A stretch of DNA of 56,497 bases, the filler included, from Stramenopiles sp. TOSAG23-3 (taxonomy: Eukaryota), in the NCBI GenBank assembly GCA_900128585.1. It is 13 parts of 13 records of this genome, joined end to end, with 100 filler letters (N's around TTAATTAATTAA, not from the genome) between each part and the next. Parts side by side here need not be neighbours in the genome. Positions count along the whole stretch, not along the records: positions 35,854 to 46,130 come from LT642830.1; positions 46,231 to 56,497 come from LT642831.1; 11 more parts are not named here. One strand, 5' to 3'. Shown one piece after another: positions 43,865-53,776 of the stretch. The position numbers were made by a program, and so were the translations under genes. The notes below the pieces were generated by a model. The model ran no database searches. It saw nothing but the letters and a program-made list of their open reading frames with translations, and was not told the DNA's origin. How positions within the stretch are numbered: position 1 is the stretch's first letter; every line of letters begins with the position of its first letter.

Positions 43865-45943
43865 ATGGCGCAGAGCGACCCGGAAGACCTGCGTTTGACT
43901 ACGCTGGATAAAAACAAGTTGGACACGTTGATCCAACTCACTTCCACCGGTTTTCGACGAGGGGAAATCTTTATTAAGAAAAATTCAGAGCGTTCGAGGC
44001 AGCTGGAATGGTTGAGAGGCCTCGTGTGGGAACAAGACCATGCTTGTTGGTCAAACGGCGTGCGTTATCCAAAAGGGAAAACTGGAGTGAAACCAAACTG
44101 CTTCTGTTGCAGAATTTTGGTCTCCTCGGCTGCCTCTGCCCGGCGGGGAGGATTGCAAATCTCGGTGAGGCACCATTGCCGTCGCTGTGGTAAACTGGTG
44201 TGCTCCTTATGCTCAAAACATGAGCTCAAACTTTGGGCTTTCTGGGATGTAGACAGCGAAACCCTAAAAGCATGGAAAAACGAAGAAGATAGGGAGTTAA
44301 TGCGCACTTGCGATGTTTGCATAAAGACTCTGCGGGAAAAATCAGCTGCTGAAAAGGAGGAATTAGCGGGAGGAGCCGCCGAGGTAGCCAAGAGGCGCAG
44401 GGGTAGCCTTTTTACAGAGGAGAGTTTGAGATTGAGTGCTGCAAAAGAGGGCGTGAAGAACCAGGCTGAATCCAAGGTCAAGGGCGTTTCAAAAACTAAA
44501 ACAGAGGCAGAAATAGACAACGAAGAAGGTGAATCCCAAATAGTCTGCTGTGTTTGTAGGTGTGATCTTGCTTTTTTAGAAGGTTGGGGTGTGTACGAAG
44601 TCAACCAACTCCATACGGAATCGGACTTCAACTCGACCAATGGCGAAAGGCCCAAAATGTACGTTTGTGATTCCTGCAATATTCAGACGGTATACTCCGG
44701 CGAAAGAAGGCGCTATAGAGTGTTCGTCAGGGATATTCCTCCATGGATGTGCAACGAGGATGTTCATGACAACTTTGTCAAGTTTGGAGATGAACATGGG
44801 AGAGAGAACTTGAAATTCGAAATAGCCCGGTGCGAAATAACACTCGACAGGAACTGCATGCCATATTTGTCGGACACGGGGAAAGCCCGCGCAATAATCG
44901 AGCTGTACAAAAAAGATGCTCAAAAATGGTTGCTGACGAAGAAATTCGTGACGATTTTTCGCGATAATTCGAGGCCCCCAGAGGAGGAGACCGCGGAAAT
45001 GGTTTTGTCCAGTCAACCCTTGGGTGTTTGGGACCGTGGGGGGAAATTTACCATGAACTTGTCTGCTGCTGTAGAAGTGGCTCAAAAGAAAATGGCCAGT
45101 CACAATGAAAAAAGAGTTCAAAAGCGAATTTTACGGGCAAACAGGCGAGCACATGGTGGAGTCCTCCGATGCCCTGGTAGGCTTGGCGGTTGCGTTGGGG
45201 GGCTGCAAGAGAAGCAACATAAAAAGACGGGGCGTTGCCCTGAATGCGGAGGCCTTCGGGTGAGCAGGGACGAGTTAGTCAAAGGTCGACGGATGGCATC
45301 TTATGATGACGCGATAGATGCTGCTCGGATGAACGACGAAGCGAGGCTCAATGGTATCTTTTCGCTCGTATCTAGGAGGGTGACAAAGAAAGGTAAGCCA
45401 GGGAATGGAGTGAAACAGTCCGGTCAATTCACCTCGCCAACTTTCCACGCTGAAGACCGTGTTCAAGACGGTGACGAAGGTGCCTCACGGGGTTGCGGGA
45501 AAAGTTTTCGGGGCCAGACACCGCTGCATGTTGCGGCCATGAGCGGTTCATACGAGTCTGTTAAAGTTCTTTTGGCGCTCAATCATATCAAAGAACCAGA
45601 AGACCCTGCTGCCGATATACCCCCAGTGCGCCTGCCCCTGGACGTTTACAACAGTACCCCTATGCACTCGGCCGCAATGGCTGGACATGCAAAAATACTT
45701 GCCCTACTGCTGCATCATGGAGCAAAGAAAGTAGTAAACAACCGAATGAAACGACTACCGCTGCACTACGCCGCTGCCAACGGCCACTTTGAATGCTGCA
45801 AAATCTTGCTCCAGTCGGAGAAAGAGCAATTGTACATGAAGGACATATTTGACAAAACTGCGCTGGATCTGGCAAGAAAGTCAAAAGAACCGAACGCTGA
45901 ATGTATCGCGTACATGACCAAACTTTATACGGACACCGCATGA
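43865..45943 (+). CDS. FYVE zinc finger + RRM-like + ankyrin-repeat protein
   Basis: WEQD, CFCC, RHHCRRCGKLVCSLCS, RTCDVC (FYVE); RVFVRDIP..FVKFG (RRM-like); GQTPLHVAA, STPMHSAA, RLPLHYAA, KTALDLA (ankyrin). Confidence 0.88.
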   Translation: MAQSDPEDLRLTTLDKNKLDTLIQLTSTGFRRGEIFIKKNSERSRQLEWLRGLVWEQDHACWSNGVRYPKGKTGVKPNCFCCRILVSSAASARRGGLQISVRHHCRRCGKLVCSLCSKHELKLWAFWDVDSETLKAWKNEEDRELMRTCDVCIKTLREKSAAEKEELAGGAAEVAKRRRGSLFTEESLRLSAAKEGVKNQAESKVKGVSKTKTEAEIDNEEGESQIVCCVCRCDLAFLEGWGVYEVNQLHTESDFNSTNGERPKMYVCDSCNIQTVYSGERRRYRVFVRDIPPWMCNEDVHDNFVKFGDEHGRENLKFEIARCEITLDRNCMPYLSDTGKARAIIELYKKDAQKWLLTKKFVTIFRDNSRPPEEETAEMVLSSQPLGVWDRGGKFTMNLSAAVEVAQKKMASHNEKRVQKRILRANRRAHGGVLRCPGRLGGCVGGLQEKQHKKTGRCPECGGLRVSRDELVKGRRMASYDDAIDAARMNDEARLNGIFSLVSRRVTKKGKPGNGVKQSGQFTSPTFHAEDRVQDGDEGASRGCGKSFRGQTPLHVAAMSGSYESVKVLLALNHIKEPEDPAADIPPVRLPLDVYNSTPMHSAAMAGHAKILALLLHHGAKKVVNNRMKRLPLHYAAANGHFECCKILLQSEKEQLYMKDIFDKTALDLARKSKEPNAECIAYMTKLYTDTA

Positions 45944-46230
45944 GGCTAAATTGACAGTTTTTAACAACTTTTGCAACATTGTAACGCATTTTACAGTCAA
46001 ATTAAATATATAGGTGATAATAAGTACATTTATTAGTATACTATACTATGATTCTATTATTTTTTCAAGGGAGACGTTGCGACGAGAGCACGGATGCAAG
46101 TATCTTTGGCGCGGAATTGAAAAATAGTAANNNNNNNNNNNNNNNNNNNNNNNNNNNNNNNNNNNNNNNNNNNNTTAATTAATTAANNNNNNNNNNNNNN
46201 NNNNNNNNNNNNNNNNNNNNNNNNNNNNNN

Positions 46231-46333
46231 GAAAAAGCTCCACCAGCTCTGGGGAATTTTGACGCAACTCCTGAAGCTTCGCGTCAATGAATTTTTGGGC
46301 GGTTCCATTCCATTTGTCCATTAACGTCCTCAT
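46231..46333 (-). CDS. N-terminal fragment, possibly of an RI-like LRR protein
   Basis: MRTLMDKWNGTAQKFIDAKLQELRQNSPELVELF runs into the contig edge; LRQNSPELVEL resembles the cap and first repeat of RI-like LRR proteins. Confidence 0.4.
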
Positions 46334-46582
46334 CCGATATCTCACTCAGAGATAAATCAATCCTACACTTATAAATAACAGCACAGCCAATTATTTTCTT
46401 ATTTTAGTTTGAATTTGTAAAAGTTCGCGGTACACGAGAGGAAGATAAATTTTAATTAAAAACTTAAAAAAATAACAGCCATTTTTTTGTTTTTAATTTT
46501 ATTTTTTAATATTGTGCTTCGTTGTGAACAAAAGTCGTCGTGATCTGTGTGTATTCTAGTGTATCATTTCATCGGAGTGTAT

Positions 46583-48550
46583 TTACTCTGTGCTGCTCGC
46601 ATTTCCTTGGTCAGTTTCATCCTCATCATCGCGCTCGGCTGTTTCCAAGGGAACAGCCTCGTCGTCTTTTGTCTCTTCTGTTTCCGCAATTGGATCGTCG
46701 AGTGATTCCTGCTCCTGCTCCGCATCTTTGTCATTTGCTGCTTCGCCAGAGGCCATTTCTCGCTCTTCCACGTTCTCCCCTTCTTCTTCGGCACGTTCTG
46801 GTTCGTCCCCCGTTTCCACAGCCTCGGCTTCTTCCGATTTTGCTTCTTGGGGCCCCGCGGAAGCATAACCACTTGCACCACTGGCATCCTCGGTGCCCCC
46901 CGCAGAATTTTCATTCTGTTCAGACTGGGCTTCTTCCGCAGCGATCAAAACGGAGACGTCCCCCGACGACAAGCTTCTCCCTCTTGCCAAGGACGGCGAC
47001 GTGGAGTCTGGGCTCGGATTCCCGGAATAAAAAGACGTGTTTCTACGAGCTGCTCCTGGCGTGCTCGGGGGTGTATCGGCAGAACTGGACGGACTGCTCG
47101 TTTTGTTGGTCATGTCTACCATCTCAAGTTCGCCACTTTCAATGATGTCGTCAAGGGTTTCTTCGAACGCAATTATTTCTTTCTTTCGGGGAGGAGGCCA
47201 CGACGTTGCGCGCCTCCGAATGTTACTGGAGTTGTCTACCACGGCAGTGCCGGAGGAGTGGTCCACTCCTTCTGTGATGCTTGCGTCCCGTTGCGTCAGG
47301 ATGAACACCCCCGTGACCGTTGTCACTAGGCCCAATGGGTACATGATCTGCTGGATCAAAGTAAAGTCTACGAACTCTTGAAAGAAAATACCGCCTGAAA
47401 TTGATGTAAGGCATGTGATGCAAACCTGAAAAAGGGGAACGAAAAACATGGCCTCAAAACACTTTAGGCCTTGGTTGAGGTACTGGATGTGAATGACCTC
47501 GAACGCGACCAGGGCAATGATAAACACCCATGTGGACAGCTTTACAAATTGGTTCTCTACGGTGAAGGACGTCTCGATCAACGTTCCAACAATTTTCACC
47601 AAGATTGTCCCGTAGGCTGCCAGCGCTGCGGACAGAAAGGCAAAGAAGAACGCCAGCTTCTTGCCCCTTGCCACCTGCATGTTGTACAGCATCCCGTACT
47701 CAATCGACGTCCGCTGCTGCTTCTCCGTGAGCCGTCGCACAATAGATTTTCTCGCTGGTGACGAAGGGGACTCTTGTGCCTCTATATCGCCCGCATTTTT
47801 GGGCACGCTGGCAGTGTCTGACGGGCTGCCAGTTATGCGGTTGACCTCTCTTGCCATTTCGAGTATTTTGGCCTTGGCCTCCCGCTGCTCGGCCTCTTTT
47901 TTCATCCGCTCGGCCCTGTCGTAATCTACCCAAAAATTTGCTTCGGTGAGGCGGATGTACACGACGACCGCAATGATCGTCAGCATCATGAACGTAAAAT
48001 AGATTACCTGGCCGCCTGCCAAAAAAAAATCGACGAGCTGCTCAGCCGTGTACGACAACGAGCATTTTTGACCGAATATCACCACCAAAACAATTCCCAA
48101 AACGACGAACAGCGTCCCGACGATATCGATTTTTGTTATTTTCTCTTTCAGCAAGCACGGCGCGAAGACTGCGTTCCCGACCAGGTTCACGGAGGTCAGT
48201 GCCGCGATGATGGACTGGGGTGCAAACGGCATGGACGACACCACGATGAGTGTCCCCGATATGTAGCAGGCAAACCCCAGTATGACCTTGAAAGTGCTTT
48301 TCTCTTCAGGTGGCAGGCCTTCGTTCACTTTGTGGGCCAACTTTTGCATGACCAGCCCGAAGCTGCTGACAAAGCCGCCCAGGGTCGCAATAAAGATACC
48401 GAGGAAGAGCCTTTGCGCGTTTCTCTCAGCTTCTGCCGTCGACATATTTCCACAGCCCCCAGCAGCCGAGCCGGGATCCGTACCGTTTGTTGCATCTAAT
48501 GCACGGGACACAATGGTCCCGTACGAATGGCCAAACGCTGCGAGCGACAT
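46583..48550 (-). CDS. NIPA-family magnesium transporter with long acidic tail
   Basis: GLVMQKLAH, FAPQSIIAAL, LLKEKI..D..G, YLNQGLKCFEAMFFVPLFQV, GGIFFQEF; ~9 TM helices. Confidence 0.9.
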   Translation of the reverse strand: MSLAAFGHSYGTIVSRALDATNGTDPGSAAGGCGNMSTAEAERNAQRLFLGIFIATLGGFVSSFGLVMQKLAHKVNEGLPPEEKSTFKVILGFACYISGTLIVVSSMPFAPQSIIAALTSVNLVGNAVFAPCLLKEKITKIDIVGTLFVVLGIVLVVIFGQKCSLSYTAEQLVDFFLAGGQVIYFTFMMLTIIAVVVYIRLTEANFWVDYDRAERMKKEAEQREAKAKILEMAREVNRITGSPSDTASVPKNAGDIEAQESPSSPARKSIVRRLTEKQQRTSIEYGMLYNMQVARGKKLAFFFAFLSAALAAYGTILVKIVGTLIETSFTVENQFVKLSTWVFIIALVAFEVIHIQYLNQGLKCFEAMFFVPLFQVCITCLTSISGGIFFQEFVDFTLIQQIMYPLGLVTTVTGVFILTQRDASITEGVDHSSGTAVVDNSSNIRRRATSWPPPRKKEIIAFEETLDDIIESGELEMVDMTNKTSSPSSSADTPPSTPGAARRNTSFYSGNPSPDSTSPSLARGRSLSSGDVSVLIAAEEAQSEQNENSAGGTEDASGASGYASAGPQEAKSEEAEAVETGDEPERAEEEGENVEEREMASGEAANDKDAEQEQESLDDPIAETEETKDDEAVPLETAERDDEDETDQGNASSTE

Positions 48551-49906
48551 GCGTCCAGGCGCTTACAGCGAGCCCGTCTGGTCGGCGTGTATGGGTTTGC
48601 AGCAAATGCGTATCCTGTCTCCCGACTCACCACCGACGACGACGGACGACAGATAGTACTAACTGCACGGTATAATTAAATACCGATATGGACGCGCGCG
48701 TGTTTGCGTTTACAGCTTTCAAATTGCTGAAAAATCATTCGAAACTGCAGCTACGACGAGATGGGGTATCGGCGCCGCCGTGTATAAACTAATATTCTTT
48801 CTGGAACATACAACAACTCGGCGGTACATGGGTACCTACCTACCAACCGGATATATTTTTTTTTTCGTCGTCGTATAGTCTCGCGCGGTCTTCTTCTTTC
48901 TTTCTTTTTTTTGAGACACATCGAAGAAGAAAGAACAATAAGGGGTGTATGCTGTAGCTATATAATTAATATATATTTTTTTATCATTCATTCATTCATT
49001 CATTCAGCAGCATCAGTGGGTGGAATTATATCTTCTCCAGCCTTCATCTTATTACATTATATCGATAGTCCTAATTATAATAAAATAGCTTTAATTACGA
49101 AGACTACAGTATTTTATAGCTTAAATAGAAAAAGAACCAAAACTGTAAAAAAAACGAGGGGATGTACATTTAATAGCGCTATTTTACTAGTATACGTATA
49201 TATAGCTACAAGCTAAAAGTGAAAAAGAAAGCCTCGAATATTTAACTAGACTTTTAGATAGGAATACTACTATATAAATAATAAGTAGATCTACGAGGAC
49301 AACGGTGCGGTCATGTCATGTTCATGTTCATGATGGATGTATTTTAGTATCGTATTTAAATACTGTACTATATACACACAGCAGGAAATTGGTGGTGGTG
49401 AGAGCCTCAGTGATGAGGGGAGGGGACTGGACTTGGGACGACCATCAATCCCTTTTATTTATTTTATTTCTTGTATTACTTGATAATAATAATAAATAAA
49501 TAATAAAATATTAAATAATAATAGATCGATGATAGTCCTCTATCTAACTACTACTTCTCTCTATTTTTTATTATTAGTCCTAATTATACCAAAAGGTACG
49601 GTAGAACGGAACAGAGAATTAAAATTATATTTTATTATTATTATTATTAAGAAGAAGAAGAAGAGAAGAGAAGAAGAAGGAATAATATGATGTATTTTTT
49701 ATTTTTTTAAAATTATTATTAACAATAACTTGCTCTTCTTTTCTTTTTAAATGAAACAACACACGTTGACTGGAATTGTAAAGAATTAAGAAGTAGTAAC
49801 AAATAATACGGACATTGTTTGACGCTTAAAAACATAGTTAGGTACGTACGTACGATTCGTTAAAAAGTAGTAGATATCTGTAATATACCAAGGTACACGA
49901 CGCAAA

Positions 49907-51304
49907 ATGCAGTGGCTCAAAAAGACGGACTTTTACAGGAAAATCCCACGGGACCTCACGGAAGGCACCAAGTGTGGGGGGACCCTTTCCCTCTTTGGTA
50001 CCGTTTTCATGGTCTTGCTGTTCATGATGGAATTTTACGAGTATCTTTCCATTGAAACGATGACAAATGTTCAGATGGACACGAATGCGGACGAGCTGTT
50101 GCGCATCAACTTTAACGTTACAATGACCAGGCTTCCGTGCCACTTCGCCAGCATTGACTTGTCGGACGTTATGGGGACAAGGAAAGTAAACATGACCAAG
50201 AACATTCGCAAGTGGAAGCTTGGCGGGGAAGGCTCCGTGAAGTTGGCAGAGATGCATGACGATGTGGCCGCCCCGAAACACGAACCGGAAGGGAAGCACC
50301 CATTAGAACCCACCGAGAAAGCCCCGTCCTTGAACGAGGATAACTTCGACGCCTTCGTCCAAGGCCACGAGCTAACCTTGGTGAACTTTTTTGCCCCATG
50401 GTGTTTCTGGAGCCAACGGCTTGCACCGACCTGGCACCACACGGCCAGCGTTCTGTCGAAGAAGCAGTACGGCTGGTCCACCAAGATCGCGATGGTAGAC
50501 TGCACGCAGCCAAAGTCTAACGCGCTGTGCCGGAAGCACCACATCAACGCGTTCCCGTCGATCCTAGTCTTTCGCGGGGACCTGACGACGAACGAGCATT
50601 ACCACGGCGACCGGACGACGGAGGCCTTTATGAAGTTCATCGATGGCGTTCGCGCGGGCTTGCACCATGAGACCGAAAAGGCCCTAGGCCACAAGCCGAA
50701 TGCAGAGAATCTTCCCGCGGCGCACGCCGCGGTCCACTCGAAAGGCCCCCAAGGCTGCCTGATCGCCGGGTTCGTCATGGTAAAGAAAGTCCCAGGGAGT
50801 TTGGCCATTGCGGCCCATTCGAAATTCCACAGCATCGCGACGAACGTCATCAATACGTCCCACGCCGTAACCCATTTCTCTTTTGGCAAGGTGCCCCCCA
50901 GGAGCATCCGTTCCCCTGTTATGAAGGGAGCCTACCAAGCCGCGAACCGCATGGGAAAGACCAGCTGGGTGACGAGCGGGATGAACATGACCCACGAGCA
51001 TTATATAAAGGTTGTCTCGACGGAGTACCATGTGAAAGGGTACGACACCATCAACGCTTACAAATACACCGTCAATAGCCATCAGTACAGGGACGACAAC
51101 CAAGTCGCCGGTGCAAAGTTTACCTTTGACCTATCGCCCATGCAGGTCATTTTGAACGAACGGCGGATTCCGTTGTACCACTTTTTGACGTCCGTCTGTG
51201 CAATTATTGGCGGCGTCTTTACGGTGATCGGTCTATTTGATTCCGTCATGTTTTTCGGGCTGGGAACCCTTGCCCGCAAGACAGAATTGGGAAAAGCCAA
51301 CTAA
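49907..51304 (+). CDS. PDI-C type protein (ERGIC/Erv41-46 domains plus thioredoxin domain)
   Basis: DFYRKIPRDLTEGT (ERGIC_N), NFFAPWCFWS (CxxS thioredoxin), GC.I.G.V.VKKVPG, DLSPMQV, HFLTSVCAIIGGVFTV, C-terminal GKAN. Confidence 0.92.
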   Translation: MQWLKKTDFYRKIPRDLTEGTKCGGTLSLFGTVFMVLLFMMEFYEYLSIETMTNVQMDTNADELLRINFNVTMTRLPCHFASIDLSDVMGTRKVNMTKNIRKWKLGGEGSVKLAEMHDDVAAPKHEPEGKHPLEPTEKAPSLNEDNFDAFVQGHELTLVNFFAPWCFWSQRLAPTWHHTASVLSKKQYGWSTKIAMVDCTQPKSNALCRKHHINAFPSILVFRGDLTTNEHYHGDRTTEAFMKFIDGVRAGLHHETEKALGHKPNAENLPAAHAAVHSKGPQGCLIAGFVMVKKVPGSLAIAAHSKFHSIATNVINTSHAVTHFSFGKVPPRSIRSPVMKGAYQAANRMGKTSWVTSGMNMTHEHYIKVVSTEYHVKGYDTINAYKYTVNSHQYRDDNQVAGAKFTFDLSPMQVILNERRIPLYHFLTSVCAIIGGVFTVIGLFDSVMFFGLGTLARKTELGKAN

Positions 51305-51696
51305 AGCAGCTGCACCCCAGCGCGATCTCCAAACGGAAAAGAGAGAGTGCGTTTTTAGTAAAACGTGGGCGCCTCGGGAAGTTGTGGAGACATAGTAAAA
51401 TGGTAATTGAACGTTGTTCAAAATAATATATTGATTCATAAGAAAAATGTGGTTAAAAAATAAAAAATTCTTTAGTGGACCCCTATGTGATATATATAGT
51501 TGTACCTTATTTTTTATTACATTAGACAATAAGTTTAAAAACAAAAAATTAGATGTTATCATACGATTTATCATATATTTAAGTTTAGACAACAAGATTA
51601 ATCATTGTATGATCTAAACTTGTAACATATTGCACATCTCTCCTTCCCAGTGTAAATTTACAACGAAGACCTTGGTACGAGGCAATCGTTCTGCGA

Positions 51697-52029
51697 TTAA
51701 AGCGTTCGAGCTGACCGTACACCACCAACCGCCCTTCGACCTGCCCGCCGTACCGGGCCCACCCTTTTAACTGTTTGTGCAGAAAGGTCCCAAATGCATT
51801 CGAGATGCATTAGAACTTCATCGACTTCCTCCTTCAGCCTGTGGCATTGTGCAAGCTCGTGAACTAAGCATTCTGTGCTCCCGTGGTCATGGTGTTGATG
51901 AGAGTGAAGCGAAGCTCCTTGAAGCACCCTTAAAACAGAGTTGTTGGAGCACCTCTCGCAGAGGGTACATGCGCTGGCATCTTCCCCCGTGCCTGCCGTC
52001 GACGGTGAACGTTTGTTCAAGATTGTCAT
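51697..52029 (-). CDS. Small hypothetical Cys/His-rich protein (110 aa)
   Basis: ATG ORF on a GC-richer island: CTLCERC, HSHQHHDH, basic tail; no family recognised. Confidence 0.45.
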   Translation of the reverse strand: MTILNKRSPSTAGTGEDASACTLCERCSNNSVLRVLQGASLHSHQHHDHGSTECLVHELAQCHRLKEEVDEVLMHLECIWDLSAQTVKRVGPVRRAGRRAVGGVRSARTL

Positions 52030-53776
52030 TTCGTCGTTTTTGAAAGATGATAAATGCAGGGAAATTAGCTGTGTCACAGTGGTTAAGTGTTGAATATTTG
52101 AACCATTTCTAATTTATCTTCATCTTTTCAATCGAATTGTTTTAACAGAAGAGCACCTACAACAAAGGTCGAAGGCCGAACGCGCAAGACGCAGAAGAAG
52201 TATGTATTATTATTATCTTTTTTTATTAAATAATTAATAATAATAATAATAATTATTGATTATAATAGGAAGACCACAGCAGTACCAGCGAACTCTGGAA
52301 TCTCAGAAGAAGAAGAACGAAGGGGGGGTGGGGGTGCGATTTTTTTTAGCGGCGCCGCGAGATGCTGCTTCTCTGCCTTAATACTACGTGGTAGCTCGCT
52401 GGCAAGCTGATGATGATGATGGGTAATCCCAACACAAATCTCTATTAAATTCACACCGCAAGCCAGTAGTACGGTACAAAAAGAAAGAGAAACGCAGTCG
52501 GTCTTCTCACTAAATATATTACAGCTAATACCATAAGGAAAAAAAATTAATAAAAAAAGATATAAGAAGAAGTCGCGTAAAAAAAAAATAAGAAGAAACA
52601 AATCTTTTCTTTTATTGTTTACCACTTGTTATTTCTATGTTGTTATCAAAACTAATACGACGAATTTATTATCCTACTACCTCCTCCTCATTCATCTAGA
52701 GAAAAAGCAAATGTTATTTATTTTTTTACAGGTACATATTATAGGGTAAATTACATTAGCTATCACCATCATAATTTTTTGTTCTCGTTTTTTAAAATAA
52801 TAACATAATCAAAACCATCATCTATTATTATTCAAATAACATAATCACACCATAAAATATTGACCAATAAATTATCCAATAAAATAATACAATACTGAAT
52901 AATAGCGCTATGAAGGAATATTTTTATAGAAAATAGACTAAATAGAGGAGGACTAAACCACTAAATGAATATTAGAATAATAATTTAATAATAAAATGAT
53001 ATTTTATTATTGTGAATAAATCATTTTCATCTCCCAGCTCCCAGCATAATAATAGTACTAGTCTAGAATGTAATATAACTAAAGAATAAATAAAAGAAAA
53101 GAGTTTAATTGTACTCGTTTAGGTAGAATGTACGTCGTAGTGTCAATCATTGCAAAAATTAAAATATATAAACACAGCATTTAAAATTGATGCTTCCTTC
53201 TTCTTCTGATGATGATAGATTTATTTTTTTTATATAAAAAAAAAATGAAAAAAATACTACAGTAAAATAATATTTTATTAGTCTATTATTAATCATTCAT
53301 TCTTCTTCTTTCTTCTTCATCATCATATCCATTATTATTATATATTATTATTAAATATTTTATACGCGAACATATCACATTTTTTTGTTGTTGTTGTTGT
53401 TTTTTTTATTATTATTATTATTACTATTACTATTAATAATAATAATAATTTTTTTAATATTTATTATTTATTTATTTATTATTTTTTATATAATAAAATA
53501 TAGACGAATAATAAATCATCATCATCTTTTCTCCTTTTTTATTATTATCGTCGTCGCTAAAAAATACTACTGTTCAATTTATATAGAAGAGACTAAAAAT
53601 TTAAACAGAACAATAGAATTAATTTGCTTTCTTATAAACGTAACAACAGCAACAACAACAAAAAGAGGCTCATTTCGTGTCGTTTGGATCATAAGTCTGT
53701 GTATATATATTGCTTTTTTTTTACCGTGCGCTGAGATTTGAAGGTTGTGCAAGCTTTGGCTGACTACGTGTGGCAG

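Noticed and set aside
52260-52500. GC-richer intergenic island as an ncRNA or exon
   Set aside because: No tRNA, snRNA or rRNA motif and no convincing protein motif could be recognised.
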